Source of the DNA: a virus
Direction: 5' to 3' (one strand)
DNA: 64,000 bases
Virus record (IMG/VR): IMGVR_UViG_3300029705_000062
This document shows, piece by piece, positions 51,190-59,234 of the stretch (its first letter is position 1; every line of letters starts with the position of its first letter). Below the pieces are notes generated by a model. That model worked only from the letters and a program-made list of their open reading frames with translations. It was not told the origin of the DNA and did no database searches. The position numbers and the translations under genes are program-made.

Positions 51190-52065
51190 ATGTCAACAAA
51201 AAATGCAAAGTACAGAGTAAAAAATGCAATGGGTGAGTATGAAGTAGTTCACCTAGAAACTAATGTGGATCAAGTTGTAGAAAATGAACACAAGCAATTC
51301 GTATCTGCTGATAAGAAAGCTCAATATGATGAAAATACTATCTTTAACACAGATATGCTAACTGTTAATGCTTTAGGTGGTATAAAGGCAGGGGAAAACT
51401 TAGACAATATGCCTGTTCAACAACTTTTAACTAAGTTATTATACCCATATGTAGCTCCAACTATAAGTGCTACTGCTTCTCCAAACGGTGGTACTTTTGA
51501 AAAAGGTAATGGTCAAAACGTTACTAGCATAAAAGCTGTTGTTACAAAGAAATCTGAAAAGATAACTAAAGTTGAAGTATTTGATGGATCAGTTTCTTTA
51601 GGTGTACAAACAGAAGGAGTTGAAAATGGTGGAACATTTACTTTCCCTGTAAATGTAGCTGTTTCTTCTAATAAAGGTTTCCAAGCTAAAGTAACTGATG
51701 CTATTGGTAAAGTTTACTCAGCTAACACAGGAAGCTTCAACTTTGTTTACCCTTATTACATGGGAATATGTGCTGAAGATGCTGTAATAGATGCAGAATT
51801 AGTAAAAGGTCTTACTAAGAAAGTAGAAGCAAAAGGTAATAAATCTAATGCTTTTACTTGCGATTATCAAAGAATGGTATTTGCTTATCCAAAAGCTCAT
51901 GGTAAGTTAAAGTCTATAATAGACCCAAATAATTTTGATGTTACAGGAACATTTGGTGTACAAGAAGTAACTATAACAGGATTAGATGGTACTGCTCAAG
52001 CATACTATGTATATGTAAATAGTGCATCAACTGTATCTAACTTCACTATGAAATTTAACTATTAA
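51190..52065 (+). CDS. Fibre/receptor-binding protein paralogue (shared KYRVKN N-terminus)
   Basis: N-terminus NAKYRVKNAMGEYEVVHLETNVDQV is paralogous to the 54258 gene's NGKYRVKNSKNDYDIVYLETGANQV. Confidence 0.55.
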   Translation: MSTKNAKYRVKNAMGEYEVVHLETNVDQVVENEHKQFVSADKKAQYDENTIFNTDMLTVNALGGIKAGENLDNMPVQQLLTKLLYPYVAPTISATASPNGGTFEKGNGQNVTSIKAVVTKKSEKITKVEVFDGSVSLGVQTEGVENGGTFTFPVNVAVSSNKGFQAKVTDAIGKVYSANTGSFNFVYPYYMGICAEDAVIDAELVKGLTKKVEAKGNKSNAFTCDYQRMVFAYPKAHGKLKSIIDPNNFDVTGTFGVQEVTITGLDGTAQAYYVYVNSASTVSNFTMKFNY

Positions 52066-52087
52066 TCATAATAATTTAACAATAATT

Positions 52088-52120
52088 CCCCTTACTAAAA
52101 ATAAAGTAAGGGGATAATTT
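52088..52120 (+). terminator. Rho-independent terminator
   Basis: CCCCTTAC ... GTAAGGGG followed by an AT-rich tail. Confidence 0.6.
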
Positions 52121-52155
52121 TAAAATATTAACTATTCAAAAGGGGGACTATTAAT

Positions 52156-54111
52156 ATGTCAAAAATGAAATCAATAAGAGAAATAGAAATGGAAAGAGCA
52201 ACTGAGCCTAATTTTGGAAAAGGTATAACTGTTGCTTCAGGATTTGACTTAGGAGCTAAAGCACCACTTGATTCTAGGCTTACTGTAAAAACGATAGAGG
52301 AAAGAGATGCTCATGTAACTGGAAACAGAAGTTATGAGGGGATGCTAGTTTTTGTAGAAGCTGACAAGAAAACTTATCAATTAATAGATGGAGCTTGGGA
52401 AGAATTTGGATTCAATGAAGAGAAATTCCAAGCAGGTGTTAAAGATATAGTTGATAAAAACGTTGAGCAAGATGAAAGATTAACTACTTTAGAAGGTTTA
52501 GTTGTAGGTGGCGAAGGAGAAGGTTTAAGTGCTGTAATAGAAGATGTTGCTAAAAACAAAGCTAATATATCTGAATTACAAACTGGATTAGCAGGAGAAA
52601 TATCTGCTAGAGAATCTGCTGATACTTTAATAAATGCAGAAATATCTAAAAATAAAGCTAATATAACTAACTTACAAGAAGGATTAGCTCAAGAAATATT
52701 AGACAGAGAAACTGCTGAAGCTTCAATAAGAGAAGAATTAGGTGAAAAAGCTGACCAAGTTGATTTACAAGCTGAGATAACTAGAGCAACTGGTGTTGAA
52801 CAAGGATTAAACACTAGATTAACTGCTGTTGAAGGTAAAGTGGATGAAAATGAAGCTAAGATAGAAGCTAACACTCAAGCTATAGCTGAGGAAGTTGCTA
52901 ATAGAAAAACAGAAATAGCTAGAGTTGAAGGATTAGTTTCTGCTGAAAGACAAAGAGCTGAAGGTGTTGAACAAGGTCTTCAAACTGCTATAGAAGGAAA
53001 AGTTTCTAAAGAAGACTTTAATGCTGAACAAAGTAGAGTAAATGTTGAATTAGGTAAGAAAGCTACTAAAGAAGAATTTGTGGCAGAACAAGAAAAAGTG
53101 GAAGGACAATTTGAACAAGTTCAATCTACTCTTGAAGGTCATAGTGGATTAATAGATACAGTTACTGCTTTAGCTCAAGAAAACAAAGAAAATAAAGCTG
53201 ATAAAACTCAAGTTGCTACAGATATAGCTACTGGTGTTGCTCAAGCTAAAGGTTATGCTGATGAAAAATTAGTTGAAGCAAAAACTTATGCAGATGCTAA
53301 ATTAGTAGAAGGGAAAGAATACACTGATGAAGAAATAGTTAAAGTTAATGCTACTATAACTGATTTAGATTCAGCTTATAAATTAGCTGATGCTCAAATA
53401 CTAGCAGATGCTAAAGCTCATGCTAACAAGGCTGTTGCTGACTTAGTGGACAACGCTCCTGAAACAATGGATACTTTAAAAGAATTAGCAGATGCTATCA
53501 CAAACCACGAAGATGCATATGGTTCTTTATTAGAAACAGTTGGTAAGAAAGCTAACAGTTCAGATGTTTACACTAAAGATGAAGTAGAAGTAATAAAATC
53601 AGGATTAGAAACTGCTGTAGCAAAAGTTGAATCTGATTACAAATCTGCTGATTTAGCTTTAGATGGAAGATTAACTGCTGTTGAAGGTATAACAAGTGGT
53701 GTAGGTGCAATACGTTCTGAACTAGATAAAGCTAAGGAAGATATAGTTGCTAACACTAATGAAATAGAAGGATGTAAGCAATCTATAGAAGTTAATGCTA
53801 CTGCAATAGCAAAAGAAGTTCAAGATAGAGCTAAAGCTGACTTAGAACTTGATGGGAAAATAACTGCTGAAAGAGAAAGAGCAGAAGGTGTTGAAGCTAA
53901 CTTAGATGGAAGATTAGCTACAGTAGAATCTGACTTAGGAAAAGCTAAGGGAGATATAGTTGCTAATGCTAATGCAATATCTCAAGAAACTGCTAACAGA
54001 GAAGAAGCTATAAACACAATAAATGCAAAAATAGATAACATGATGCCTGTGGCTGGATCAGTTCAACCTGTTGACAGATTAGAAGGTCATATATGGATAG
54101 AAATACTTTAA
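52156..54111 (+). CDS. Coiled-coil tail fibre protein, 651 aa
   Basis: Repeats NKANI(S/T).LQ.GLA.EI and ER.RAEGVE. DNAPETMDTLKELADAI motif is shared with the 54258 gene. Confidence 0.6.
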   Translation: MSKMKSIREIEMERATEPNFGKGITVASGFDLGAKAPLDSRLTVKTIEERDAHVTGNRSYEGMLVFVEADKKTYQLIDGAWEEFGFNEEKFQAGVKDIVDKNVEQDERLTTLEGLVVGGEGEGLSAVIEDVAKNKANISELQTGLAGEISARESADTLINAEISKNKANITNLQEGLAQEILDRETAEASIREELGEKADQVDLQAEITRATGVEQGLNTRLTAVEGKVDENEAKIEANTQAIAEEVANRKTEIARVEGLVSAERQRAEGVEQGLQTAIEGKVSKEDFNAEQSRVNVELGKKATKEEFVAEQEKVEGQFEQVQSTLEGHSGLIDTVTALAQENKENKADKTQVATDIATGVAQAKGYADEKLVEAKTYADAKLVEGKEYTDEEIVKVNATITDLDSAYKLADAQILADAKAHANKAVADLVDNAPETMDTLKELADAITNHEDAYGSLLETVGKKANSSDVYTKDEVEVIKSGLETAVAKVESDYKSADLALDGRLTAVEGITSGVGAIRSELDKAKEDIVANTNEIEGCKQSIEVNATAIAKEVQDRAKADLELDGKITAERERAEGVEANLDGRLATVESDLGKAKGDIVANANAISQETANREEAINTINAKIDNMMPVAGSVQPVDRLEGHIWIEIL

Positions 54112-54129
54112 TAAGTAATGATTAACATT

Positions 54130-54165
54130 AAAATGGAGTTAATATAATTTAACTCCATTTTTTAT
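54130..54165 (+). terminator. Rho-independent terminator
   Basis: AAATGGAGTT ... AACTCCATTT plus a T-run. Confidence 0.75.
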
Positions 54166-54217
54166 TAAGTATATAGTTTTTATTAAGTATATACTTAATA
54201 GGAATTATATACTTAAT
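54164..54217. promoter_or_regulatory. Four ATTAAGTATATA half-sites, including an 18-bp perfect palindrome
   Basis: ATTAAGTATATA at 54164. ATTAAGTATATACTTAAT at 54182-54199. TATATACTTAAT at 54206-54217. Confidence 0.45.
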
Positions 54218-54257
54218 AAAAATGTTTTTTAATTAAAATCTAAGATAGGAGGTTGTT

Positions 54258-56156
54258 ATGGCTATATTGAATGGTAAATATAGAGTTAAAAATTCTAAAA
54301 ATGATTATGATATAGTGTACTTAGAAACAGGTGCAAATCAAGTTAAGTTTAATGATGGAAAAACATTTCAAGAAAAATTAGAAGATGGAACTTTAAAAGG
54401 AGATAAAGGTGACAAGGGTGATACTGGTATAACTCCAACTATAAAAGCAGGTAGTGTAACAACAGGAAGTTCAGGATCAAGTGCAACAGTAACCGCAAGT
54501 ACAGTAGGAACTACAACTACATTTAATTTTGTAATTCCACAAGGTATTAAAGGAGATACTGGTGCAAAAGGAGATAAAGGAGACCAAGGTATACAAGGTG
54601 TTAAAGGAGATAAGGGTGATAAGGGAGAAGATGGTTTAACTACTTCTATTACTGTTGGCTCAACAAAGTATACACACTCTAATGGTAATATAACTATTCC
54701 TGCTTATCCTACATTATCTTCTTTAGGAGCTTCTGCATCTTCTCATACTCACAGTCAATATGAAAATCAAAATGCATTTTCTAGTGTGAAAGTTGGTTCA
54801 ACAACAGTGACTGCTGATAGTCCTACAGATACTATAGAATTAAAAGCAGGTTCAAATATAACTTTAACTCCTGATAGTACAAATGATGCTATAACAATAG
54901 CTGTTAATGGTATGACTGTTACAAGTTCTGAAAAATCTGATTGGAATGCTAAGGAAACTACATCAGGTTCTCAAGCTAAGGCAGACAAAGCTAAGTCAGA
55001 TGCAATATCTTCTGCTAAATCTTATACAGATGAAAAGGTTGCACAATTTATTGATTCTGCTCCTGAGACATTAGATACACTAAATGAACTTGCTAAGGCT
55101 CTTGGCAATGACCCTAATTTTGCTACTACAGTAGCAACTCAAATAGGTACTAAAGCAGATACTTCTTATGTAAATACTGAATTAGATAAAAAAGCAAATG
55201 CTTCACATGGAACTCATGTAACTTACTCAACAACTGCTCCTTTATCTAATGGAACAGCATCTGTAGGTACATCAGGAAGTGTTTCTAGAGGAGACCATGT
55301 TCATCCACTTCAAACAACGGTATCAGGAAATGCAGGTACAGCTACTACATTACAAACTGCAAGAACTATTAATGGAACAAGTTTCAACGGTAGTGCTAAC
55401 ATTACTACTGCAAACTGGGGAACTGCTAGAAATATAACAATAGGAAATGCAACAAAATCTGTAAATGGTTCAGGAAATGTTTCTTGGACATTGGCTGAAA
55501 TAGGAGCTTCATCTACATCAGTGGCTACTACTTCTGCAAATGGTTTAATGTCCGCACAGGATAAAACTAAGTTAGATTCAATAGCTACAAATTCTCAATT
55601 TAAAATAACAGTTGCATCAAGCTCTTGGACTACTGACGGTTCACTTTACAGTACAACAATCAAACACAACTTAAATAAAGAGGTTCTTTATGTAAGTGCT
55701 TATGATTCAAGTTCAAAGAAGAGTATATTTGTTTCTTATACAATAACAGATAACAACTCTTTAAAAGTTACAGTTGAAAGTGCTATAAATGCGGTTATAA
55801 CTATTGTTGTTGAAGGTGGATTGGTAAATCTTGCAGGAGGAGGAATAAGTGACTCTACTGTTTCTGCTACTAGCACTTGGTCAAGTACAAAAATAGAAAG
55901 TGCAATGAGTGGACTTGTTAAAGACGGTACAACTAGCCAAAAAGGTATCGTACAATTATCTTCGGCAATTAATAGTACAAGTACAACATTAGGTGCAACT
56001 GCAAGTGCTGTAAAACTTGCTTATGATTTAGCTAATACAGCTAACAATTTAGCTAATACAGTTAATAATTCAACTAATAATCAACGTACAATAACAATGT
56101 CTACTGCTGACCCTTCAGGAGGTAAGGACGGAGATATATGGTTTAAATATGAATAA
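54258..56156 (+). CDS. Tail fibre protein with collagen-like G-X-Y runs, 632 aa
   Basis: GDKGDKGDTG and GDTGAKGDKGDQGIQGVKGDKGDKGEDG. DSAPETLDTLNELAKAL motif. S/T-rich C-terminus. Confidence 0.65.
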   Translation: MAILNGKYRVKNSKNDYDIVYLETGANQVKFNDGKTFQEKLEDGTLKGDKGDKGDTGITPTIKAGSVTTGSSGSSATVTASTVGTTTTFNFVIPQGIKGDTGAKGDKGDQGIQGVKGDKGDKGEDGLTTSITVGSTKYTHSNGNITIPAYPTLSSLGASASSHTHSQYENQNAFSSVKVGSTTVTADSPTDTIELKAGSNITLTPDSTNDAITIAVNGMTVTSSEKSDWNAKETTSGSQAKADKAKSDAISSAKSYTDEKVAQFIDSAPETLDTLNELAKALGNDPNFATTVATQIGTKADTSYVNTELDKKANASHGTHVTYSTTAPLSNGTASVGTSGSVSRGDHVHPLQTTVSGNAGTATTLQTARTINGTSFNGSANITTANWGTARNITIGNATKSVNGSGNVSWTLAEIGASSTSVATTSANGLMSAQDKTKLDSIATNSQFKITVASSSWTTDGSLYSTTIKHNLNKEVLYVSAYDSSSKKSIFVSYTITDNNSLKVTVESAINAVITIVVEGGLVNLAGGGISDSTVSATSTWSSTKIESAMSGLVKDGTTSQKGIVQLSSAINSTSTTLGATASAVKLAYDLANTANNLANTVNNSTNNQRTITMSTADPSGGKDGDIWFKYE

Positions 56157-56167
56157 AGAGGTGAAAT

Positions 56168-57073
56168 ATGAGCATAAGTGCAACATTTACAAATAATCCT
56201 ATATATAACTTTGACTATACTGGCACACAGCAAGAGTTTATTGCTCCTTATAATGGAACATATCAATTAGAGGTATGGGGTGCTGAAGGTGGTAACAGAA
56301 GTGGTACTGCTTCAGGTGGAAAAGGAGGATATTCTTGTGGTCAAATTAATCTTAAAAAAGGAGATATTCTTTATATCTATGTAGGTGGAAATGGTAATGA
56401 CGGTAAAGGTTATAATGGAGGAGGTCAGGTTGGCTCTACTGCTGTATATGGCGGTGGTGGCACTGACATAAGAAAAGACGGTACTGAATTAGCCAACCGT
56501 ATAATCGTAGCAGGGGGAGGAGGCTCTGTTGGAGCTTCATATAATGCAGGTGCTTACGGTGGAGGTACTACAGGTGGTTCTGCTTCTGATGGATATGGTA
56601 CTGGTGGTGGCGGTGCAACTCAGACCGCAGGTGGGTCAGGTTATTCAGTTTATCCAGCTTCCATAGGTTCTCTTGGAAAAGGTGGAAATGGTTATTATGC
56701 TTCATCTGGTTACGGAGGAGCAGGAGGAGGGGGCTACTACGGTGGTGGTGGTGTCTATCCTGATTCATCAGTAGATGATGATAGAGGTGGAGGAGGAGGT
56801 TCAGGGTATATTAATACTTCTGTACTTTCGGTTGCTTCAACTAAAGCTGGTAATACATCTATCCCAACTACAGGTACAAATCTAACTGGCTCAACAATAG
56901 GAAGGTCAGGTCATGGTAGTTGTAGAATAATATTAGTAACAAAGGAAACAACTCCTGTATATATAAATGTAAATGGAACATGGAAAGAAGCTGTTACATA
57001 TATAAATGTAAATGGAACATGGAAAGAAACAACTCCACAAATAAATGTAAATGAAACATGGAAAAATTTATAA
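56168..57073 (+). CDS. Glycine-rich domain protein with a triple C-terminal YINVNGTWKE repeat
   Basis: EVWGAEGG...GGKGGY......GD.LYIYVGG.G...GGGGTDIR......RIIVAGGGG is the pattern of the 'glycine-rich domain' family. The 39-nt repeat occurs 3 times at 56963-57067. Confidence 0.6.
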   Translation: MSISATFTNNPIYNFDYTGTQQEFIAPYNGTYQLEVWGAEGGNRSGTASGGKGGYSCGQINLKKGDILYIYVGGNGNDGKGYNGGGQVGSTAVYGGGGTDIRKDGTELANRIIVAGGGGSVGASYNAGAYGGGTTGGSASDGYGTGGGGATQTAGGSGYSVYPASIGSLGKGGNGYYASSGYGGAGGGGYYGGGGVYPDSSVDDDRGGGGGSGYINTSVLSVASTKAGNTSIPTTGTNLTGSTIGRSGHGSCRIILVTKETTPVYINVNGTWKEAVTYINVNGTWKETTPQINVNETWKNL

Positions 57074-57163
57074 AATTTTAATGTAATTACGATATTTATT
57101 TAGCAATATTAATATATTGCTAAATAAATATTAAATAAATATTAGCACTAGGAGGGATATAAA

Positions 57164-57337
57164 TTGTTATCTGAAACTATGATGACTAAATTAAAAAATG
57201 TTCCCAGTAATCTTAATTCTAAAATAACAGAATTAAATAACAAATTAGCAACTTTAGAAAGCAAAGCAAAATCTATTTCCCATACAGAAGAGGAGGTAAT
57301 TAATAATGCTAGGGTCTACGATTCAAGAAAAAGTTAA
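57164..57337 (+). CDS. Possible small protein (57 aa, TTG start), below the ORF-track cutoff
   Basis: AGGAGGG RBS 8 nt upstream. TKLKNVPSNLNSKITELNNKLATL is paralogous to the N-terminus of the next ORF. Confidence 0.4.
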   Translation: MLSETMMTKLKNVPSNLNSKITELNNKLATLESKAKSISHTEEEVINNARVYDSRKS

Positions 57338-57536
57338 GAATTTGCCTACTAATACAAACAGCACTATAAGTAGTATGGAAACAAGAATAAACACTATATC
57401 CACAGATGTTGATAATGGCAAAAACGCAATAGCTTCTGCTATCACTTCAAAGGGAACAAGTGCTAGTGGTTCAGAAACTTTTGACGAATTAGCTACTAAA
57501 ATAAGAAACATGCAAAGTGGTGCTGTTTTTTCGTAA
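57306..57536 (+). CDS. Small protein, 76 aa
   Basis: GAGGAGG RBS. N-terminus EKVKNLPTNTNSTISSMETRINTI is paralogous to 57164..57337. Overlaps that ORF by 32 nt. Confidence 0.5.
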   Translation: MLGSTIQEKVKNLPTNTNSTISSMETRINTISTDVDNGKNAIASAITSKGTSASGSETFDELATKIRNMQSGAVFS

Positions 57537-57568
57537 AAATAAAGTAAATATAGAAAGGGTGTTTGTAT

Positions 57569-58315
57569 ATGGCAACAATAGATTATAATGCTCAAAATTT
57601 TATAGATATGAAGCAACGTATAAAAAATGAAGTTAATAGAAGACAGTATACAGGCTCGATAACTTCATATGGAACAGCAACTTATGACTATACAGTAACT
57701 CCTGTTAAAGGGAATAAAGTTCTTGTTGAACATTATAATAAAATAGCTACTCCATTAAGAGCTATTAATCCTGATGGAATAATTGAATCAGCAAAAGTAG
57801 GTGATGATGTAAGTACTGTTACTACACCAACAGAATTAGATGCAAGAATAACTTTATATGCTTCTAAATCACTTACAGCTTCATCTTCTAATACAGGTTG
57901 TGCTACAAGTTGCACAGGACTGTGTTCAACTGCTTGTACAGGAACTTGCTCAGGCGGATGTAGTGGGAGCTGTACTGGAACTTGTAGTGGAACTTGTTCA
58001 GGAGGATGTACTGGATGTAGTGGATGTGGAGGTTCTTGTTCATATAATTGTTCAGGAACTTGCTCAGGAAGTTGTTCAGATGCATGTACTGGGTGCAGTG
58101 GGTGTAGTGGAACTTGTTCAGGAACATGTACAGGATGTTCAGGTGGGTGTACTGGTCAATGTACTGGTGGATGTGGAGGTTCTTGTTCAGGAGCTTGTTG
58201 GGGTTCTTGTGGCGGAGCTTGTGCAAATGGATGTTCAACAGGATGTGGTAACTCTTGTTCAGGAGCTTGTTGGGGTTCAGGTGGAAAAGGAGTTACACAA
58301 TTTAAAGTAAAATAA
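57569..58315 (+). CDS. Cysteine-repeat protein: about 110-aa N-terminal domain plus about 125-aa C(S/T)G(S/T)-type repeat with 33 Cys
   Basis: ATG 57569 after a GAAAGGGTG RBS. The C-terminal half is almost only C, G, S, T and A with CX3C (some CX2C) spacing. Confidence 0.7.
   Translation: MATIDYNAQNFIDMKQRIKNEVNRRQYTGSITSYGTATYDYTVTPVKGNKVLVEHYNKIATPLRAINPDGIIESAKVGDDVSTVTTPTELDARITLYASKSLTASSSNTGCATSCTGLCSTACTGTCSGGCSGSCTGTCSGTCSGGCTGCSGCGGSCSYNCSGTCSGSCSDACTGCSGCSGTCSGTCTGCSGGCTGQCTGGCGGSCSGACWGSCGGACANGCSTGCGNSCSGACWGSGGKGVTQFKVK
57899..58270 (+). repeat. 12-nt-periodic coding repeat (TGY-WSN-GGN-WSN) encoding the CX3C array
   Basis: 33 Cys codons in about 124 codons. The low-complexity sequence leaves extra frames open (shadow ORFs 57858..58310 + and 57903..58238 -). 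Confidence 0.85.
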
Positions 58316-58326
58316 GGGGGTATAAT

Positions 58327-58881
58327 ATGAAAGATGATTTTAATAGATATTTAAAATCTGCAAATCACAGAGTTGATATTGTAAGATATCTTCGAGGTGG
58401 AGAAAAAGATGAAACAGTGTTAAGAGAAATATTAGAAAATTTAAAAGCTTCGTCTATAACTGAGTATGAAGTTCATACATTTATAACTGAGTTAATAACA
58501 GTTCATTTAGAAGATGTTAATGTAGATACACTTTATATGTTCTTTAGAATATTAAATGAAGTATTTGGATATGAACTAGATGCTGATAAATATGTTTATA
58601 TGTCTATGTTATATATAGAATATCCTAAAATACCTAAGAAATTAAGTAAGAGTGATATAGATTCATTGTCAGATATTTTTAATGATGGTGATTTTATAAA
58701 TTCTTGTAAACCAAGATTATTAATGTCTTTTTCTTCTCTTTATTTAGAAATTCTTCTAAATAGTGGAAAAGATTATGAAGAAATGGCAAAGATAAGTGCA
58801 ATTTTAAGAAATGCTCATACAGTTATGATGAATGAAGAAAAAAAATTAGTTAAAGAACTATCAGAAAATTTACAAAAGTAA
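58327..58881 (+). CDS. Hypothetical helical protein, 184 aa (cassette member)
   Basis: Starts 11 nt after the Cys-repeat gene stop, with a AAGGGGG RBS. Confidence 0.6.
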   Translation: MKDDFNRYLKSANHRVDIVRYLRGGEKDETVLREILENLKASSITEYEVHTFITELITVHLEDVNVDTLYMFFRILNEVFGYELDADKYVYMSMLYIEYPKIPKKLSKSDIDSLSDIFNDGDFINSCKPRLLMSFSSLYLEILLNSGKDYEEMAKISAILRNAHTVMMNEEKKLVKELSENLQK

Positions 58882-58901
58882 AAAAATGTGAGAGGTTGAA
58901 A

Positions 58902-59234
58902 ATGAAAAATAAAATATATATAAAAATAGATGAAATCACTTGTGGATATATTCAATATCTTAATCACAGGGTTAATGGATATAAAGAAGTATTAACAGAG
59001 GTTATATCTAATAAAAGATTTGGTTTAAAAATAGATGAAAAACTATTTGAAATGTACAATGACCTTTATGTAAAGTATTATACTGAATTTCAGACAACAA
59101 AGGATGTTTTAATAGAGGAATTATTCCCTGTTAAAAACAGAAAAAAAGATACTATGTATATGTATACTATAGATTATATAAGCAATGAGCTAATAATAGA
59201 GGAAGTGAGGGATTTACATGAGACTAAAAGGTAA
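58902..59234 (+). CDS. Hypothetical protein, about 110 aa (cassette member)
   Basis: GAGAGG RBS. Its stop overlaps the start of the radical SAM gene by 17 nt. Confidence 0.55.
   Translation: MKNKIYIKIDEITCGYIQYLNHRVNGYKEVLTEVISNKRFGLKIDEKLFEMYNDLYVKYYTEFQTTKDVLIEELFPVKNRKKDTMYMYTIDYISNELIIEEVRDLHETKR

Noticed and set aside
49830-54640. Diversity-generating retroelement acting on the fibre genes
   Set aside because: No reverse transcriptase ORF and no template/variable repeat pair with adenine-specific differences could be found in the window.
57858-58310. 150-aa + strand ORF and 111-aa - strand ORF (57903..58238) overlapping the Cys-repeat gene
   Set aside because: These are shadow ORFs created by the 12-nt periodic low-complexity repeat. 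They have no RBS, and their products are implausible L/V/Q- or N/K/H/L-rich low-complexity strings.
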